Shown here: in pieces, positions 1 through 10,275 of the stretch | Numbering within the stretch: the stretch's first letter is position 1 | How the letters are laid out: each line of letters starts with the position of its first letter | NCBI GenBank assembly: GCA_035390125.1 | Contig: DAOOTD010000001.1 | Coordinates: 241,936 to 305,935 of the forward strand | From: Candidatus Moraniibacteriota bacterium | Lineage (GTDB): Bacteria > Patescibacteriota > Minisyncoccia > Moranbacterales > GWC2-37-73 | DNA length: 64,000 nt | Direction: 5' to 3' | Translations under genes and position numbers: made by a program | Notes under the pieces: model-generated | Seen by the model: only the letters and a program-made list of their open reading frames with translations | Told to the model about the DNA's origin: nothing | The model's database searches: none

Positions 1-983
1 TCAATTAATATATGCTCGCCAAGATTTGCCTCTTCAAGTACTAATGCAGCACCTATACCAGCTAATGCATAAGCATTCATTCTTTGATGATCGTTGGCAC
101 TATGAGTAATTGGAACAAGAATTGCAGGTTTTGCATTTGCAGCAATTTCAGTAATAGATGTGGCCCCAGCTCTGCTTATAATCAAATCGCTTGCAGCAAA
201 AGCATCTCTGAGCTGGTTTGCATTCATGAAAGGAACAGCATAATATCCTTCACGTCCAGACTTTATTCCCAGGTATGCAGCCTCTTCAATAACCTCATTA
301 AAATGTTCTTGGCCAGTTTGATGAATAACCTGATAATAAGGTAAAATTTTCGGAAGAATTTTTATTATAAAATTATTAATAGTTTGAGAACCCTGACTTC
401 CTCCTAATACTAATATTGTTTTTTTTGACTCAGTAAATCCAAGTTTTTTTCTTAATATTAAAGGATCGCCTTCGGTAACTTCAAAACGTATTGGATTTCC
501 AATTAATGCAGTTTTTTCTTTTGGAAAATATTCTTCAGCAGAAGGATAAGCTACTGCTATACGATCAGCAAACTTAGACAGAAATTGATTTGCTATTCCA
601 GGAATACTGTCTGATTCATGAATCATTATTGGTATCCGGTATATCCAAGCAGCTATCACTATAGGTACTGCTACATATCCTCCTTTGGAAAAAATAACAT
701 CAGGAGTAAACCACAGTAAAATCCATAATGACTGGAAAAATCCTATGGGCAGCTTAAAAAAGTCTAAAATATTTTTTAATGAAAAATAGCGACGCATTTT
801 TCCGCTTAAAACAAATTTTGCCGGAATATTTTTTTCCGACATTATTTCCTTCTCCATTTGAGCACCTGATCCTACATATAAAATTTCAAGATCAGGACCA
901 ATCTTTTTTCTAAGCTCATCTATTACTGCAATTAGAGGCGTAAGATGACCACCCGTTCCACCTCCTGTTAATAATACACGCAT
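1..983 (-). CDS. murG: UDP-GlcNAc:undecaprenyl-PP-MurNAc-pentapeptide GlcNAc transferase MurG (C-terminus runs off window start)
   Basis: The reverse translation from the ATG at 983 reads MRVLLTGGGTGGHLTPLIAVIDEL, the MurG G-loop. The frame stays open to position 1. Confidence 0.8.
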   Translation of the reverse strand, partial: MRVLLTGGGTGGHLTPLIAVIDELRKKIGPDLEILYVGSGAQMEKEIMSEKNIPAKFVLSGKMRRYFSLKNILDFFKLPIGFFQSLWILLWFTPDVIFSKGGYVAVPIVIAAWIYRIPIMIHESDSIPGIANQFLSKFADRIAVAYPSAEEYFPKEKTALIGNPIRFEVTEGDPLILRKKLGFTESKKTILVLGGSQGSQTINNFIIKILPKILPYYQVIHQTGQEHFNEVIEEAAYLGIKSGREGYYAVPFMNANQLRDAFAASDLIISRAGATSITEIAANAKPAILVPITHSANDHQRMNAYALAGIGAALVLEEANLGEHILI

Positions 984-1095
984 AAATTTTTATAAATCAT
1001 TTATTTTTTATATTTTTAGACTTTGCTTATAAAAAGCATCGTTATTAATTATATTATAGCAATATGATGCTAAAAAATCTACTTCTTTAATTAGT

Positions 1096-2286
1096 TTACT
1101 TGCAGTTAATATTCAAATGTTTTGAAATGTTAAGCAAAATTCCTACGGCTGACATTAAAAAAATAAGTGATGTTCCGCCATAACTTACAAATGGAAGAGG
1201 AACGCCTGTGAGTGGAACCAACGCTATATTAGCACTTATGTTAATGAAAGCCTGAAAAGCTATCCACATTATTACGCCTGTTGCCAATAATCTTCCAAAC
1301 ATGTCTGGCGAATTCTTTGCGATTTTTATGCCACGTAAAGCTAGCAAAACTATCAAAACAACAAGGGTTACGGCTCCGATAATTCCTAATTCTTCTCCTA
1401 TTATGGCAAAAATTGAATCACCTACTGGTTCTGGTAAATAGTTAAATTTTTGCCGGCTATGGCCTAAGCCGACTCCCAAAAGACCTCCCGATCCTATAGC
1501 TAATAAAGCTTGATTGATTTGATATCCAATTCCTTGCGGATCAAAACCTCTGTCAAGAAAAGTTGCTATACGATTGAAACGATAAGGTTCAATTTTAACA
1601 AGTATCCAAAGCAAAAAAAATCCTAGTATGCCCATTGAAAAAATATGCTTCAGGCTAGCTCCAGATATAAAAAAAATTGAAATAGAGGTAAGTAAAATTA
1701 CACCTAAAGTTCCTATATCTGGCTGCTTTATAATTAAAAATCCTATAAATGCCATAATTCCTAAAAAAGGCAGAAATCCTTCAAGAAAATCTTTTATTCT
1801 GTGAACTCCTCTGCTTTCAAGCCAGGCAGCTAAGTAGATTATTATGGAAAGTTTTGCCATTTCTGAAGGTTGAAATGAAAATGAACCAAGCTGAATCCAG
1901 CGACTGGCACCATATATTTTTGTTCCAATCCCAGGAACAAAAACCAAAATAAGAAATACTAATGAAATAAAAAATAAAGGCACGGAAACTTTTTTCCAAA
2001 AATGATAATCTATCTTAGAAAAAGTATATAGGGCTATAATTCCAGGAATAACACCAAAAAATAACTGGTGTTTAAAAAAATAATATTCGTCAGCAAAACG
2101 CGTTTCGGAATAAATAACTCCTGCACTGGCAATCATAACCAGCCCGAAAGCCAGCAGGATGAGCACAACGGTAAGCAATGTTTTATCTACTGACTTTTCA
2201 TACATAATTTTTGTTTTGAATTTTTCTTTCTCCATTTTTCTATTTCCTTGTGATTTCCGGATAATAAAATTTTTGGCACTTTCCAC
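1096..2286 (-). CDS. ftsW: SEDS-family peptidoglycan polymerase / lipid II flippase (FtsW/RodA)
   Basis: About 10 TM segments and a conserved SEDS C-terminal block (YLPEPVGDSIFAIIGEELGIIG). The gene lies beside murG. The 5' end overlaps trmD, so the real start is probably the internal Met near 2205-2235. Confidence 0.75.
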   Translation of the reverse strand: MESAKNFIIRKSQGNRKMEKEKFKTKIMYEKSVDKTLLTVVLILLAFGLVMIASAGVIYSETRFADEYYFFKHQLFFGVIPGIIALYTFSKIDYHFWKKVSVPLFFISLVFLILVFVPGIGTKIYGASRWIQLGSFSFQPSEMAKLSIIIYLAAWLESRGVHRIKDFLEGFLPFLGIMAFIGFLIIKQPDIGTLGVILLTSISIFFISGASLKHIFSMGILGFFLLWILVKIEPYRFNRIATFLDRGFDPQGIGYQINQALLAIGSGGLLGVGLGHSRQKFNYLPEPVGDSIFAIIGEELGIIGAVTLVVLIVLLALRGIKIAKNSPDMFGRLLATGVIMWIAFQAFINISANIALVPLTGVPLPFVSYGGTSLIFLMSAVGILLNISKHLNINCK

Positions 2287-2864
2287 TTATTAAAAATTTC
2301 TGGTTTTGTATATTGTGGAAATTCAAGATAGCCTTCTTTTGAATGTGATTCTATTTTTGTGCTTTCGTTGTTGCCTAGAACCCCAGGAATTATCCTAGAA
2401 ACGGAATCTGCTACAATCATAGCTGGGATTTCGCCGCCAGTCAGAACGTAATCTCCTATAGAAATTTCTTCATCGGCAATATATTTAGCTACCCTTTCAT
2501 CAACTCCTTCATATCTTCCACAAATAAAAATAAGTTGATCGTATTTTGAAAGCCTTTTAGCATCTTTTTGTGTATATTTTTTACCCTTAGCGGAAAATAA
2601 AACAATCCTTACTTTTAACTTTCGACTCCTGATTTTTGATTTTAAAGATTGAACACATTTATATATTGATTCAATCTTAAGCACCATTCCGGCTCCTCCG
2701 CCATAAGGCGTATCATCCACAGTTTTGCGTTTGTCAGTCGTATAGTCACGTAAATTATGAATGTTAATATCTATTAAGCCATTTTTCCGCGCACGCTTGA
2801 GGATTGACTCATTGAAATACGAATCAAAAATCCTAGGGAAAATTGTGATAATATCAAATTGCAT
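2187..2864 (-). CDS. trmD: tRNA (guanine37-N1)-methyltransferase
   Basis: MQFDIITIFP... and DDTPYGGGAGMVLK, the SPOUT TrmD signature. Confidence 0.85.
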   Translation of the reverse strand: MQFDIITIFPRIFDSYFNESILKRARKNGLIDINIHNLRDYTTDKRKTVDDTPYGGGAGMVLKIESIYKCVQSLKSKIRSRKLKVRIVLFSAKGKKYTQKDAKRLSKYDQLIFICGRYEGVDERVAKYIADEEISIGDYVLTGGEIPAMIVADSVSRIIPGVLGNNESTKIESHSKEGYLEFPQYTKPEIFNKWKVPKILLSGNHKEIEKWRKKNSKQKLCMKSQ

Positions 2865-2999
2865 ATGATTTCCTTTTTAGCTTAACTATGGCCATTTTAT
2901 CATATTTTTGGGAAAACAAAAACCCCAGTTACAGTTGCTAAATATTTTTTTTTATATTATCCTTATTTCAGATAATTAATTATTAAAAAAATAAATTAT

Positions 3000-3431
3000 A
3001 TGACAGGAAACATATTTTCATCCTTAGAAAAAGGGTCTCGATTACCAGAGGAACCGTTAAATCTTCATGGTGATAAAAATGGAAAAGAACAAGAACCTTT
3101 AACAAAAGAATTTCATGTGTGTGATTCAATGAGAACACAATTACTAGAAGAAATTGAACAAGCTATTAGACTTCTTAGTAACTTTGATCCAGACTACAGT
3201 CCAGAGGAATTAAAAGGAATAACAGAAAAATATCATTTGATACCAAGAAACAACATTGATGTTGTACTTGGGGAATTAAAAAATATGAAAAAAAAGTTCG
3301 AAGATAATACTTTTTACATGAACTCTTTAAGGAATATGAATTTTAAACTAGTATTATCTGAACGGGAACCCAAAGAAGCTGATAAATATTTGATGGATGG
3401 TTTAATATCAGGAGCTGCTCAGAAACACTAA
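3000..3431 (+). CDS. hypothetical protein (143 aa), lone plus-strand gene
   Basis: Clean ORF ending 25 nt before a strong bidirectional terminator. No recognisable motif. Confidence 0.4.
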   Translation: MTGNIFSSLEKGSRLPEEPLNLHGDKNGKEQEPLTKEFHVCDSMRTQLLEEIEQAIRLLSNFDPDYSPEELKGITEKYHLIPRNNIDVVLGELKNMKKKFEDNTFYMNSLRNMNFKLVLSEREPKEADKYLMDGLISGAAQKH

Positions 3432-3454
3432 AATTCAATAAAATTAAAAATAGC

Positions 3455-3486
3455 AAAAACCCCAGCAAAAAACTGGGGTTTTTATT
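3455..3486. terminator. bidirectional rho-independent terminator
   Basis: ACCCCAG-CAAAAAA-CTGGGGT followed by TTTTT, with an A-run on the other side. It sits between the convergent genes at 3000-3431 and 3509-3844. Confidence 0.7.
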
Positions 3487-3508
3487 ATATAAAGAATTTT
3501 TGAACAAA

Positions 3509-3844
3509 TTACATATTTCCTAAAACATCATCGATGCTTTTCTTGGGTTCATCTGATGTTTTAGCTGGTCTTTCACCGCGATTTGAACCTTCCGGTTCAT
3601 TAATCTTAAGATTTACGCGTGCATTGTTCCTTGCTCCGATAACTCTCAAAATTGTGCGGAGAGCCTTGGCTGTCTGGCCTTCGCGGCCAATTACCATTCC
3701 CATATCAGCGGGATTTACATCCAGTGATATCAGGACGCCCATTTCATCAATTTTTCTTTCAACCTTTACATCATCAGGATTATCAACGAGTGCTTTTACA
3801 GCAAACTCCAAAAACTCCTGATCAGTAGCTCTTTTGTCTGTCAT
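3509..3844 (-). CDS. khpA: KH-domain RNA-binding protein (KhpA/YlqC-like) with basic C-terminal tail
   Basis: LVDNPDDVKVE...MGMVIGREGQTAKALRTIL matches the KH GxxG core. Classical neighbourhood with trmD. Confidence 0.6.
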   Translation of the reverse strand: MTDKRATDQEFLEFAVKALVDNPDDVKVERKIDEMGVLISLDVNPADMGMVIGREGQTAKALRTILRVIGARNNARVNLKINEPEGSNRGERPAKTSDEPKKSIDDVLGNM

Positions 3845-4002
3845 AATTATGCTTTCTTTAATTACTGATTAATAATAAGAAAGATTCATGAAATAGTTGA
3901 CCAAACCATTTCTATTCTATCTTTCTAGCTAAAATTATAATCTGATTTTTTGTTTTTGTCAATCACGCTAAAAATAAAACAAATAAGTAAAGATAGTTTG
4001 AA

Positions 4003-5418
4003 CTAATTTTTCCTTCTTTTAAATAAAACTGTTACCGTTTTTAAGCATATTTGTATATCAAGCCATAGTGACCAATTTTCTATATAATAAACATCTAACT
4101 TATACTCATCTTCAAATTGCAAATCGCTACGTCCTGATATCTGCGCCATACCCGTAACTCCCGGTTTTATAGTAAGTAAGCGCCTGTGATATTCATTATA
4201 CTTTTCAACTTCTCTTTTCTGGTGTGGTCTTGGACCAACAATACTCATTTCCCCTTTTAAAACATTGAAGAATTGAGGTAATTCATCTATTGAATATTTT
4301 TCTATAAAATTACCCACCCTGGTTTTGCGAGGATCATTTTTTATTTTATACAAAGGACCATGACGTAAACTATGTTTTTCTATTAATTCCTTTTCATATC
4401 TTAAAGCCTCTTCGATTTTTTTATTTTCTTTAGTGACACAATATTCCCACTTCATATAACGGAATTTATAGGCAAAAAATTTTCTGCCATCATTGCCGAC
4501 ACGTTCATTTTTATAAATTATCGGCCGTCCAGTTTCCATCCAAACAGCAGCAGCAACAACTAGCATAATTGGAGAAAAAAGAATAATAAGCAAAATCGAT
4601 CCGATAATATCAAAAGTGCGTTTTAATATTTTGCCCCAGCCATCTAACGGAGTATGCTTAACTTCTATAATTGGTTCTCCATTAAAAATACTGGCTTCAA
4701 ATTTCGCCGTTTGTAGGGTTGTTGGCATAAACTTATAGGCGATATTATTTATTGCACAATAGTCTATAAGCTTTTCCTGTTCTGAATCAGTTATAGATGC
4801 ATCACACGTTATTATTTCATCAACTCCTAACTTGTTCCTTATCTCTTTAATTCTGTGAATACTGGCTGAATCTATATTGGAAACAATTTTATAACCTGAA
4901 TATAGATTGTTTCTTATGGCTTTTTTAATAAGTTCAATCTTGTCGTTATTGCCTATAAGAAGAAGTCTGTGAACACCTATACCTTTGTATCTAAAGAACA
5001 ATTTTTGTATTTCACGCAACATTGACCTTCCAATTATCACATATACCGTTGCCAAAACCCATCCCGCTAAAATTATAAAACGAGAAGAAAACCACTCTCT
5101 TTTTAAAAATATACTCACAATGATAGCGACTAGACCTATAGATGTAGCAGAAAAAACCTTTAAGGATTCTCTTCCAAATTTACGAGTCACTTTCAAGTCA
5201 TATAACCCCTCAAGAGCATAAATTAAAATAAAAAAAGGAACTATCATAATCACAACAATAATGTAGCTCCTAAATGGAAAATTATAAAGTTTTGGCTGAA
5301 GCGCAATGATTTGGGGAATATCACGAATGGCAAAAGCACTAAGCGCTGCCAATATTATCATGGCTATATCCATTGGAACCTGTATTGCACTGAAAAACAA
5401 TTCACTGCGTTTTTTCAT
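4003..5418 (-). CDS. polyprenyl-phosphate sugar phosphotransferase (WbaP/CpsE-type initiating transferase)
   Basis: N-terminal TM block plus the C-terminal 'bacterial sugar transferase' motif DELPQFFNVLKGEMSIVGPRP. Confidence 0.75.
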   Translation of the reverse strand: MKKRSELFFSAIQVPMDIAMIILAALSAFAIRDIPQIIALQPKLYNFPFRSYIIVVIMIVPFFILIYALEGLYDLKVTRKFGRESLKVFSATSIGLVAIIVSIFLKREWFSSRFIILAGWVLATVYVIIGRSMLREIQKLFFRYKGIGVHRLLLIGNNDKIELIKKAIRNNLYSGYKIVSNIDSASIHRIKEIRNKLGVDEIITCDASITDSEQEKLIDYCAINNIAYKFMPTTLQTAKFEASIFNGEPIIEVKHTPLDGWGKILKRTFDIIGSILLIILFSPIMLVVAAAVWMETGRPIIYKNERVGNDGRKFFAYKFRYMKWEYCVTKENKKIEEALRYEKELIEKHSLRHGPLYKIKNDPRKTRVGNFIEKYSIDELPQFFNVLKGEMSIVGPRPHQKREVEKYNEYHRRLLTIKPGVTGMAQISGRSDLQFEDEYKLDVYYIENWSLWLDIQICLKTVTVLFKRRKN

Positions 5419-5435
5419 TTTTATTCTTTAAGTTT

Positions 5436-5800
5436 AAAATTTATCAAGGCATCTCATAAGCCGGATTCTGTCAAGGATAATCATTTATCTATTTCCGATA
5501 TTGCTATTGGAAATTAAGCGACACTTCCAGTACTTCCTAGGGGAGTGCTAGATACGGTCTTGCATCCGGGTAAGGTTTTAGCCGTTTCACCTCTTATATT
5601 ACTATAAGAACTTACCCTATTTTTTCAATAGGATAATTTAATTCTTTCGAATTAAATCGTCTCTGCTCGCACCTCTAAAATTACTTTCGACGGGAGTTAC
5701 CCGCTACCCCGCTACCTGTCATTTATAAGTGACAGGTGAATGTCCGGACTTTCCTCTCTAATAAAAAATTAGAGCGATTATCTCAATGCCTTGATAAATT
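5436..5800 (-). ncRNA. rnpB: RNase P RNA (bacterial type A-like)
   Basis: The minus strand carries GAGAGGAAAGUCCGGAC (P4 5' strand) and GACAGAAUCCGGCUUAU (P4 3' strand). It also has a GGUGCGAGCAGAGACG J11/12-like block and AAGAGGUGAAACGGC. A 15-bp terminal P1 pairs AAUUUAUCAAGGCAU (5800-5786) with 5436-5452. A P3-like hairpin CUCUAAU-UUUUU-AUUAGAG is present. Confidence 0.8.
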
Positions 5801-5823
5801 ATAATCTCAAAGAACTCTATATA

Positions 5824-5832
5824 TTATAGCAT
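5824..5832 (-). promoter_or_regulatory. extended -10 (TGcTATAAT) candidate promoter for rnpB
   Basis: The minus strand reads TGCTATAAT about 24 nt upstream of the P1 5' end. No good -35 is present. Confidence 0.3.
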
Positions 5833-5937
5833 AATGTGACTAATCAACTTTATATAAAAAATACTATTTTGTCAAGTTTCATTGATCACTTCTAATGCTA
5901 TATTATGGCTTATTTAAAGCAATATTTTCATTTTTAA

Positions 5938-7821
5938 TTAATATTTTTCCTTAAAATACCATTCATAAACCTCTTTAGTAACTGGTAAAGCGCTAGAATG
6001 TCCTTCTCCGCCCCCTTCAACAAGTACTACCATTGCAATCTGAGGATTATTATATGGTGCAAATGATATAAACCAACCATGCGTTTGATTATTTGACCCA
6101 AATTGTGCTGTACCAGTTTTTCCCGCAATATCAACTGGAAGATCCTTGAGCGACTGTGCTGTTCCTTCTGTCACAACCTGGCGCATACCTTCTCTAATAA
6201 CATTTATTATATCAGGAGAAACAAAATTCGAACGAATAACTTGTGGCTGTATTAAAGTCAATATTTCATCACCTTTTTTTATTTGAGAAACTATATGAGG
6301 TTTAAAAAGCGTACCACCATTCGCTATGGTTGATGTATAATTAGCAAGCTGAAGAGGAGTTGCTGTTATATATCCCTGACCTATAGCAGCATGATAGCTA
6401 TTACCAATAGACCATTTTTCCCCAATTTTATTCTGTTTCCATTGTTCATCTGGAATAAGCCCACTAGATTCTCCCCCTATATCTATGCCCGATAATTGGC
6501 CAAATCCATATAAGTTATACCATTTTTTCATTCTGTTCATGCCAAGCCCTTCAATTTTACCATAACCACCTCCGATAGTATAAAAAAATATATCATTACT
6601 TTCAGCAATAGCTTTGCGTACATCGCTTGGAGCATGCGCCTTCCAATCACCAAAGGAATAATTGCCTATTTTGAGCACTCCACCTAAACCACTTATAATT
6701 GTTGAGGGGGTTATAATGCCTTCAGATAAAGCAGCTGTAGCAATTACAGGTTTTATTGTAGAACCAGGAGGATATTCACCGGATATTGCACGATTAAAAA
6801 GTGGCTTATTTGAATTATTTATTAATTTTGAATAATCGGTTTCTGATATTTTTTGAGCAAATAAATTATTGTCATAACTTGGTATACTTATCATAGCTAA
6901 CACTTCTCCATTTTGTGGATTTATCGCAACTGCTGCAGCAGTTTTTGTTTTTGTTTTTTCCAAGATATCATTAAGACTGTCATATATTTTTTTTTGCAAA
7001 TTAGCATCAATGCTTAATACTAAATCACTCCCAGGATTTGGATTTATTATTCCTAATTCCCGCTTTATATTTCCCATTGAATCAACCTCCATTTGATTAG
7101 CGCCACGAGTACCCCTTAAAAATTGTTCGTACGACTTCTCTATGCCATGTTTACCAATATAATCAGTAAGTGAATATCCTTGTTCTTTTTCGAGTTCTTT
7201 TTTTTCAATTTTTCCTTCATATCCCAAGATATGAGAAAATATTGAACCATCCATATATGAACGAATCGCTGTTTTTTCAATACTGACACCTGGAATAGAA
7301 TTATTTTTTTCAAGCAAAACAAGAGATTCATCTTGAGAAATGTGTTCTTTAAGTAAAACAGCATTGAGAGAATTTGAAACACTATTTTCTAATTTTGTTC
7401 GAATTTCATTTTCGTCCATTTTTAAAACATCTGAAACAATATTCGCTATTTCTTTTATTTTTTGTTTATCTTTTGGAATGTCGGCTGGTATAATAACAGC
7501 ATCGATACTTGGGATATTACTAACTAAAGCATTGCCACTTCTGTCAAAAATTCTTCCCCTTGATGCTTGTATAACAACTGATCGAATGCTATTGCCTTTA
7601 GAAACATCTTTGTAATAAGCTCCTCTTATTACTGTCAAAAAAAATATCCTGCAAAAAAGAGCTCCGAAAGCAATTAAAATAATCCACCAAAAAACAGTAA
7701 ACCATTTTTTCTCAAAAGGTTTTTCCATTCTGGCAGCTTCTTTTTCTGTAGCCGTAAGCACATAATCTTCAATCTCCATCCCGGAAAAAAACTTTATAAT
7801 ACTACGTTTACGTTTTGGCAT
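5938..7821 (-). CDS. mrdA: penicillin-binding protein 2 (elongasome transpeptidase)
   Basis: N-terminal TM; RGRIFDRSGNALV; SXXK as STIK; KTGTAQ. Immediately downstream of mreBCD. Confidence 0.8.
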   Translation of the reverse strand: MPKRKRSIIKFFSGMEIEDYVLTATEKEAARMEKPFEKKWFTVFWWIILIAFGALFCRIFFLTVIRGAYYKDVSKGNSIRSVVIQASRGRIFDRSGNALVSNIPSIDAVIIPADIPKDKQKIKEIANIVSDVLKMDENEIRTKLENSVSNSLNAVLLKEHISQDESLVLLEKNNSIPGVSIEKTAIRSYMDGSIFSHILGYEGKIEKKELEKEQGYSLTDYIGKHGIEKSYEQFLRGTRGANQMEVDSMGNIKRELGIINPNPGSDLVLSIDANLQKKIYDSLNDILEKTKTKTAAAVAINPQNGEVLAMISIPSYDNNLFAQKISETDYSKLINNSNKPLFNRAISGEYPPGSTIKPVIATAALSEGIITPSTIISGLGGVLKIGNYSFGDWKAHAPSDVRKAIAESNDIFFYTIGGGYGKIEGLGMNRMKKWYNLYGFGQLSGIDIGGESSGLIPDEQWKQNKIGEKWSIGNSYHAAIGQGYITATPLQLANYTSTIANGGTLFKPHIVSQIKKGDEILTLIQPQVIRSNFVSPDIINVIREGMRQVVTEGTAQSLKDLPVDIAGKTGTAQFGSNNQTHGWFISFAPYNNPQIAMVVLVEGGGEGHSSALPVTKEVYEWYFKEKY

Positions 7822-7823
7822 AA

Positions 7824-8339
7824 TTATTTTTCTAATTTAAAGAATTCTTTGATTTTTTTAATCAGAAAAAATAAAAACAAAAACAATATCGAATTAGACA
7901 TAATCTGAAAAGCTATATGTTTCAGACTGCCGAATATTTTCCAATATAAATGAAGATCTTGAAAATTCCAGACTGTTATTAAAGCTATTATACTTTTAGA
8001 AAGAAGAGTGGCAATGATAACAAACATGAACAGCAATACCCACCCTATTCCTTTAACCTCCAGGGACAAGCGTCTGGAAAAAAAACTCACAAAATAAACA
8101 ACTAATGAGAATATTAAAGCGTGTTCTCCTATTACTGAATAAGAAGCTAAATCATATAATATACCGAGAATTATAGACCAGCCTAGGAATGCAAAAAATC
8201 CATCAATTACAGATAGCACCAGCACTAACATTAATACTATATCTCCATTAAAATTTGACCCTAAAATAACCGGCAATATACTGGTTTGAATTACTATTGC
8301 TATAAAAAAAATTAACAAATAAATAAGCTTTTTTTTCAT
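7824..8339 (-). CDS. mreD: rod shape-determining protein MreD (polytopic membrane)
   Basis: 171 aa with about 5 TM helices. Position between mreC and PBP2. Confidence 0.5.
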   Translation of the reverse strand: MKKKLIYLLIFFIAIVIQTSILPVILGSNFNGDIVLMLVLVLSVIDGFFAFLGWSIILGILYDLASYSVIGEHALIFSLVVYFVSFFSRRLSLEVKGIGWVLLFMFVIIATLLSKSIIALITVWNFQDLHLYWKIFGSLKHIAFQIMSNSILFLFLFFLIKKIKEFFKLEK

Positions 8340-8341
8340 TA

Positions 8342-9151
8342 TTATTTATTGTTTTTAATAACAAAAACCATGCGTATATTTGAAATTTGAAGCGGAGCTG
8401 TTAGCACAGCTTGTTGAAAAAGATGGTCTTCGGATTGATGTATTTCTTGAATAGTCCCGACATAAAGTCCGCGTGGAATTTCGCCGCCAATGCCAGACGT
8501 AATTACACTATCACCTATACTAATAGAATCTGTTTGAAGCACCATATCGAATATAATTCCAAGTCCGTATTCTCCTTTTGCAACCCCTTTGGCACCGCTT
8601 TCAACGTCTATTATATTTACAGTGCTTTTAGGATTAGTCAGGAGCATTACCTGTGAACTTTTTCTATTAACTTCATATATACGCCCTATTATAATTCCTT
8701 TAGAAACAATTACTGGCATCCCTGGAAAAATTCCATCTTCGCTTCCTTTATCAATCTCCAGCCAATTGCCGGTGCCACTTGGATCATAGCTAACTATAAA
8801 AGCAGCGGATAAATCATATTTGTCACGTGGAATCAGATTTAATTGTTCGCGAAGTGTTGTATTTTCATTTTTTATATCACTAATTGATGCATTTTCAAAT
8901 AAAAGTACTTGATTATCCCTGATAAGTTGTTCATTTTCGCTTTTAAGTTGATCTATTGATATGATAAATTCCTTAATGTTATTAATTCCAACAGAAAATG
9001 AATAGAAAAACTTTTGAAAAGGTTTTAGTGAGGCTAAAAAACCAGAGCGAACAGGTTTAAAAATATCAGAAGGATTTAAAAAAATAAGCAGCAAAAATAA
9101 TGCTGCAATTATAATAATTTTGAAAAATTTAGTATGAATAAATTTCTGCAT
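8342..9151 (-). CDS. mreC: rod shape-determining protein MreC
   Basis: N-terminal TM, coiled-coil region, and a C-terminal beta domain (GMPVIVSKGIIIGRIYEV...). Confidence 0.7.
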   Translation of the reverse strand: MQKFIHTKFFKIIIIAALFLLLIFLNPSDIFKPVRSGFLASLKPFQKFFYSFSVGINNIKEFIISIDQLKSENEQLIRDNQVLLFENASISDIKNENTTLREQLNLIPRDKYDLSAAFIVSYDPSGTGNWLEIDKGSEDGIFPGMPVIVSKGIIIGRIYEVNRKSSQVMLLTNPKSTVNIIDVESGAKGVAKGEYGLGIIFDMVLQTDSISIGDSVITSGIGGEIPRGLYVGTIQEIHQSEDHLFQQAVLTAPLQISNIRMVFVIKNNK

Positions 9152-9165
9152 TTATTTTATAATTT

Positions 9166-10275
9166 TTATTTGAACGATTTTTCTCTTTGATCCTCCACCA
9201 GAACATCTTTAAGTGTTTCTATATCTTCAAGAACTATGCCGACACCACGAACAACTGCAGTTAGGGGATCCTCCATCATTCTTACTGGCATTTCAGTCTG
9301 ATTTGCAACCAATTTATCCAAGCCACGTATCAAGCTTCCACCGCCAGCTAAAATAATTCCTCTCTGCATTATATCAGAAAGCAATTCTGGAGGTGTTTCT
9401 TCAATAACTGTTTTAATATTATTAATTATGATTCTTATTGAACGTGAAATTGCTTCTCTGATTTGTTCATCATTAATAATAGCTTCTTTAGGCAATCCAC
9501 TGACTAAATCACGTCCACGCACTGAAATTTTTAAAGACTCTTTAGGTGGATAGGCACTTCCAACGGCAATCTTTATATCTTCAGCTGTTTTTTCACCTAT
9601 TAGTAAATTAAATTCATCGCGGCAATAACGTATAATATCTTCATTCATTTCATCACCTGCTACTCTTAGGCTTCTAGCACTTACCACTCCGCCTAGGGAA
9701 ATTACGGCAATTTCTGATGTTCCACCACCAATATCAACAACCATATTTCCTCTTGCATCTGTAACTGGAAGACGAGCTCCTATTGCAGCAGCCATTGGCT
9801 CTTCTATAAGAAATGCTTCACGGGCTCCCGCATTTAAAGCAGCATCGACTACAGCTTTTTTTTCAACTTCCGTAATGCATGAAGGAATACCAATTAATAT
9901 TCGCGGGCGCGGTGAAAAAGAAAAAGAATCTTTGTTTATCTTTTCAACAAAATATTTAAGCATCTGTGTTGTTACTTCAAAATCGCTAACAACTCCATCT
10001 ACAAGTGGCCTTGTTGCAACAATATGACCTGGCGTTTTTCCAACCATACGTTTAGCTTCTCTTCCAATTGCAAGAACCTGCCCGGTACGCTTATTGATTG
10101 CAACTACTGATGGTTCATTAATTACAATTCCCTTGCCCTTAAGATAAACAAGTGTGTTGGCGGTTCCTAAATCAATACCTATATCACGAGATATGTTATT
10201 GAAAAAATTCCCAAAAATACGTTGAAATATGTTTTTTACTTTTTCCCCCATAATATATTTATTTAAATAACACAA
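9166..10275 (-). CDS. mreB: actin-like rod shape protein MreB
   Basis: GIDLGTANTLVY...; DIGGGTSEIAVISLGG; actin/Hsp70 fold motifs. Confidence 0.9.
   Translation of the reverse strand: MCYLNKYIMGEKVKNIFQRIFGNFFNNISRDIGIDLGTANTLVYLKGKGIVINEPSVVAINKRTGQVLAIGREAKRMVGKTPGHIVATRPLVDGVVSDFEVTTQMLKYFVEKINKDSFSFSPRPRILIGIPSCITEVEKKAVVDAALNAGAREAFLIEEPMAAAIGARLPVTDARGNMVVDIGGGTSEIAVISLGGVVSARSLRVAGDEMNEDIIRYCRDEFNLLIGEKTAEDIKIAVGSAYPPKESLKISVRGRDLVSGLPKEAIINDEQIREAISRSIRIIINNIKTVIEETPPELLSDIMQRGIILAGGGSLIRGLDKLVANQTEMPVRMMEDPLTAVVRGVGIVLEDIETLKDVLVEDQREKSFK

Noticed and set aside
1817-1999. Nested or antisense short ORFs throughout the window (1817-1999, 7140-7382, 8411-8789, 13047-13376, 27454-27855, 33662-33919, 47522-47977 and similar)
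   Set aside because: All sit inside longer genes that carry clear family motifs. Such frames are expected by chance in roughly 30% GC DNA.
5311-5517. 68-aa plus-strand ORF
   Set aside because: Lies antisense/overlapping to the RNase P RNA 3' region and the start of the sugar transferase. The RNA structural signals explain this region.
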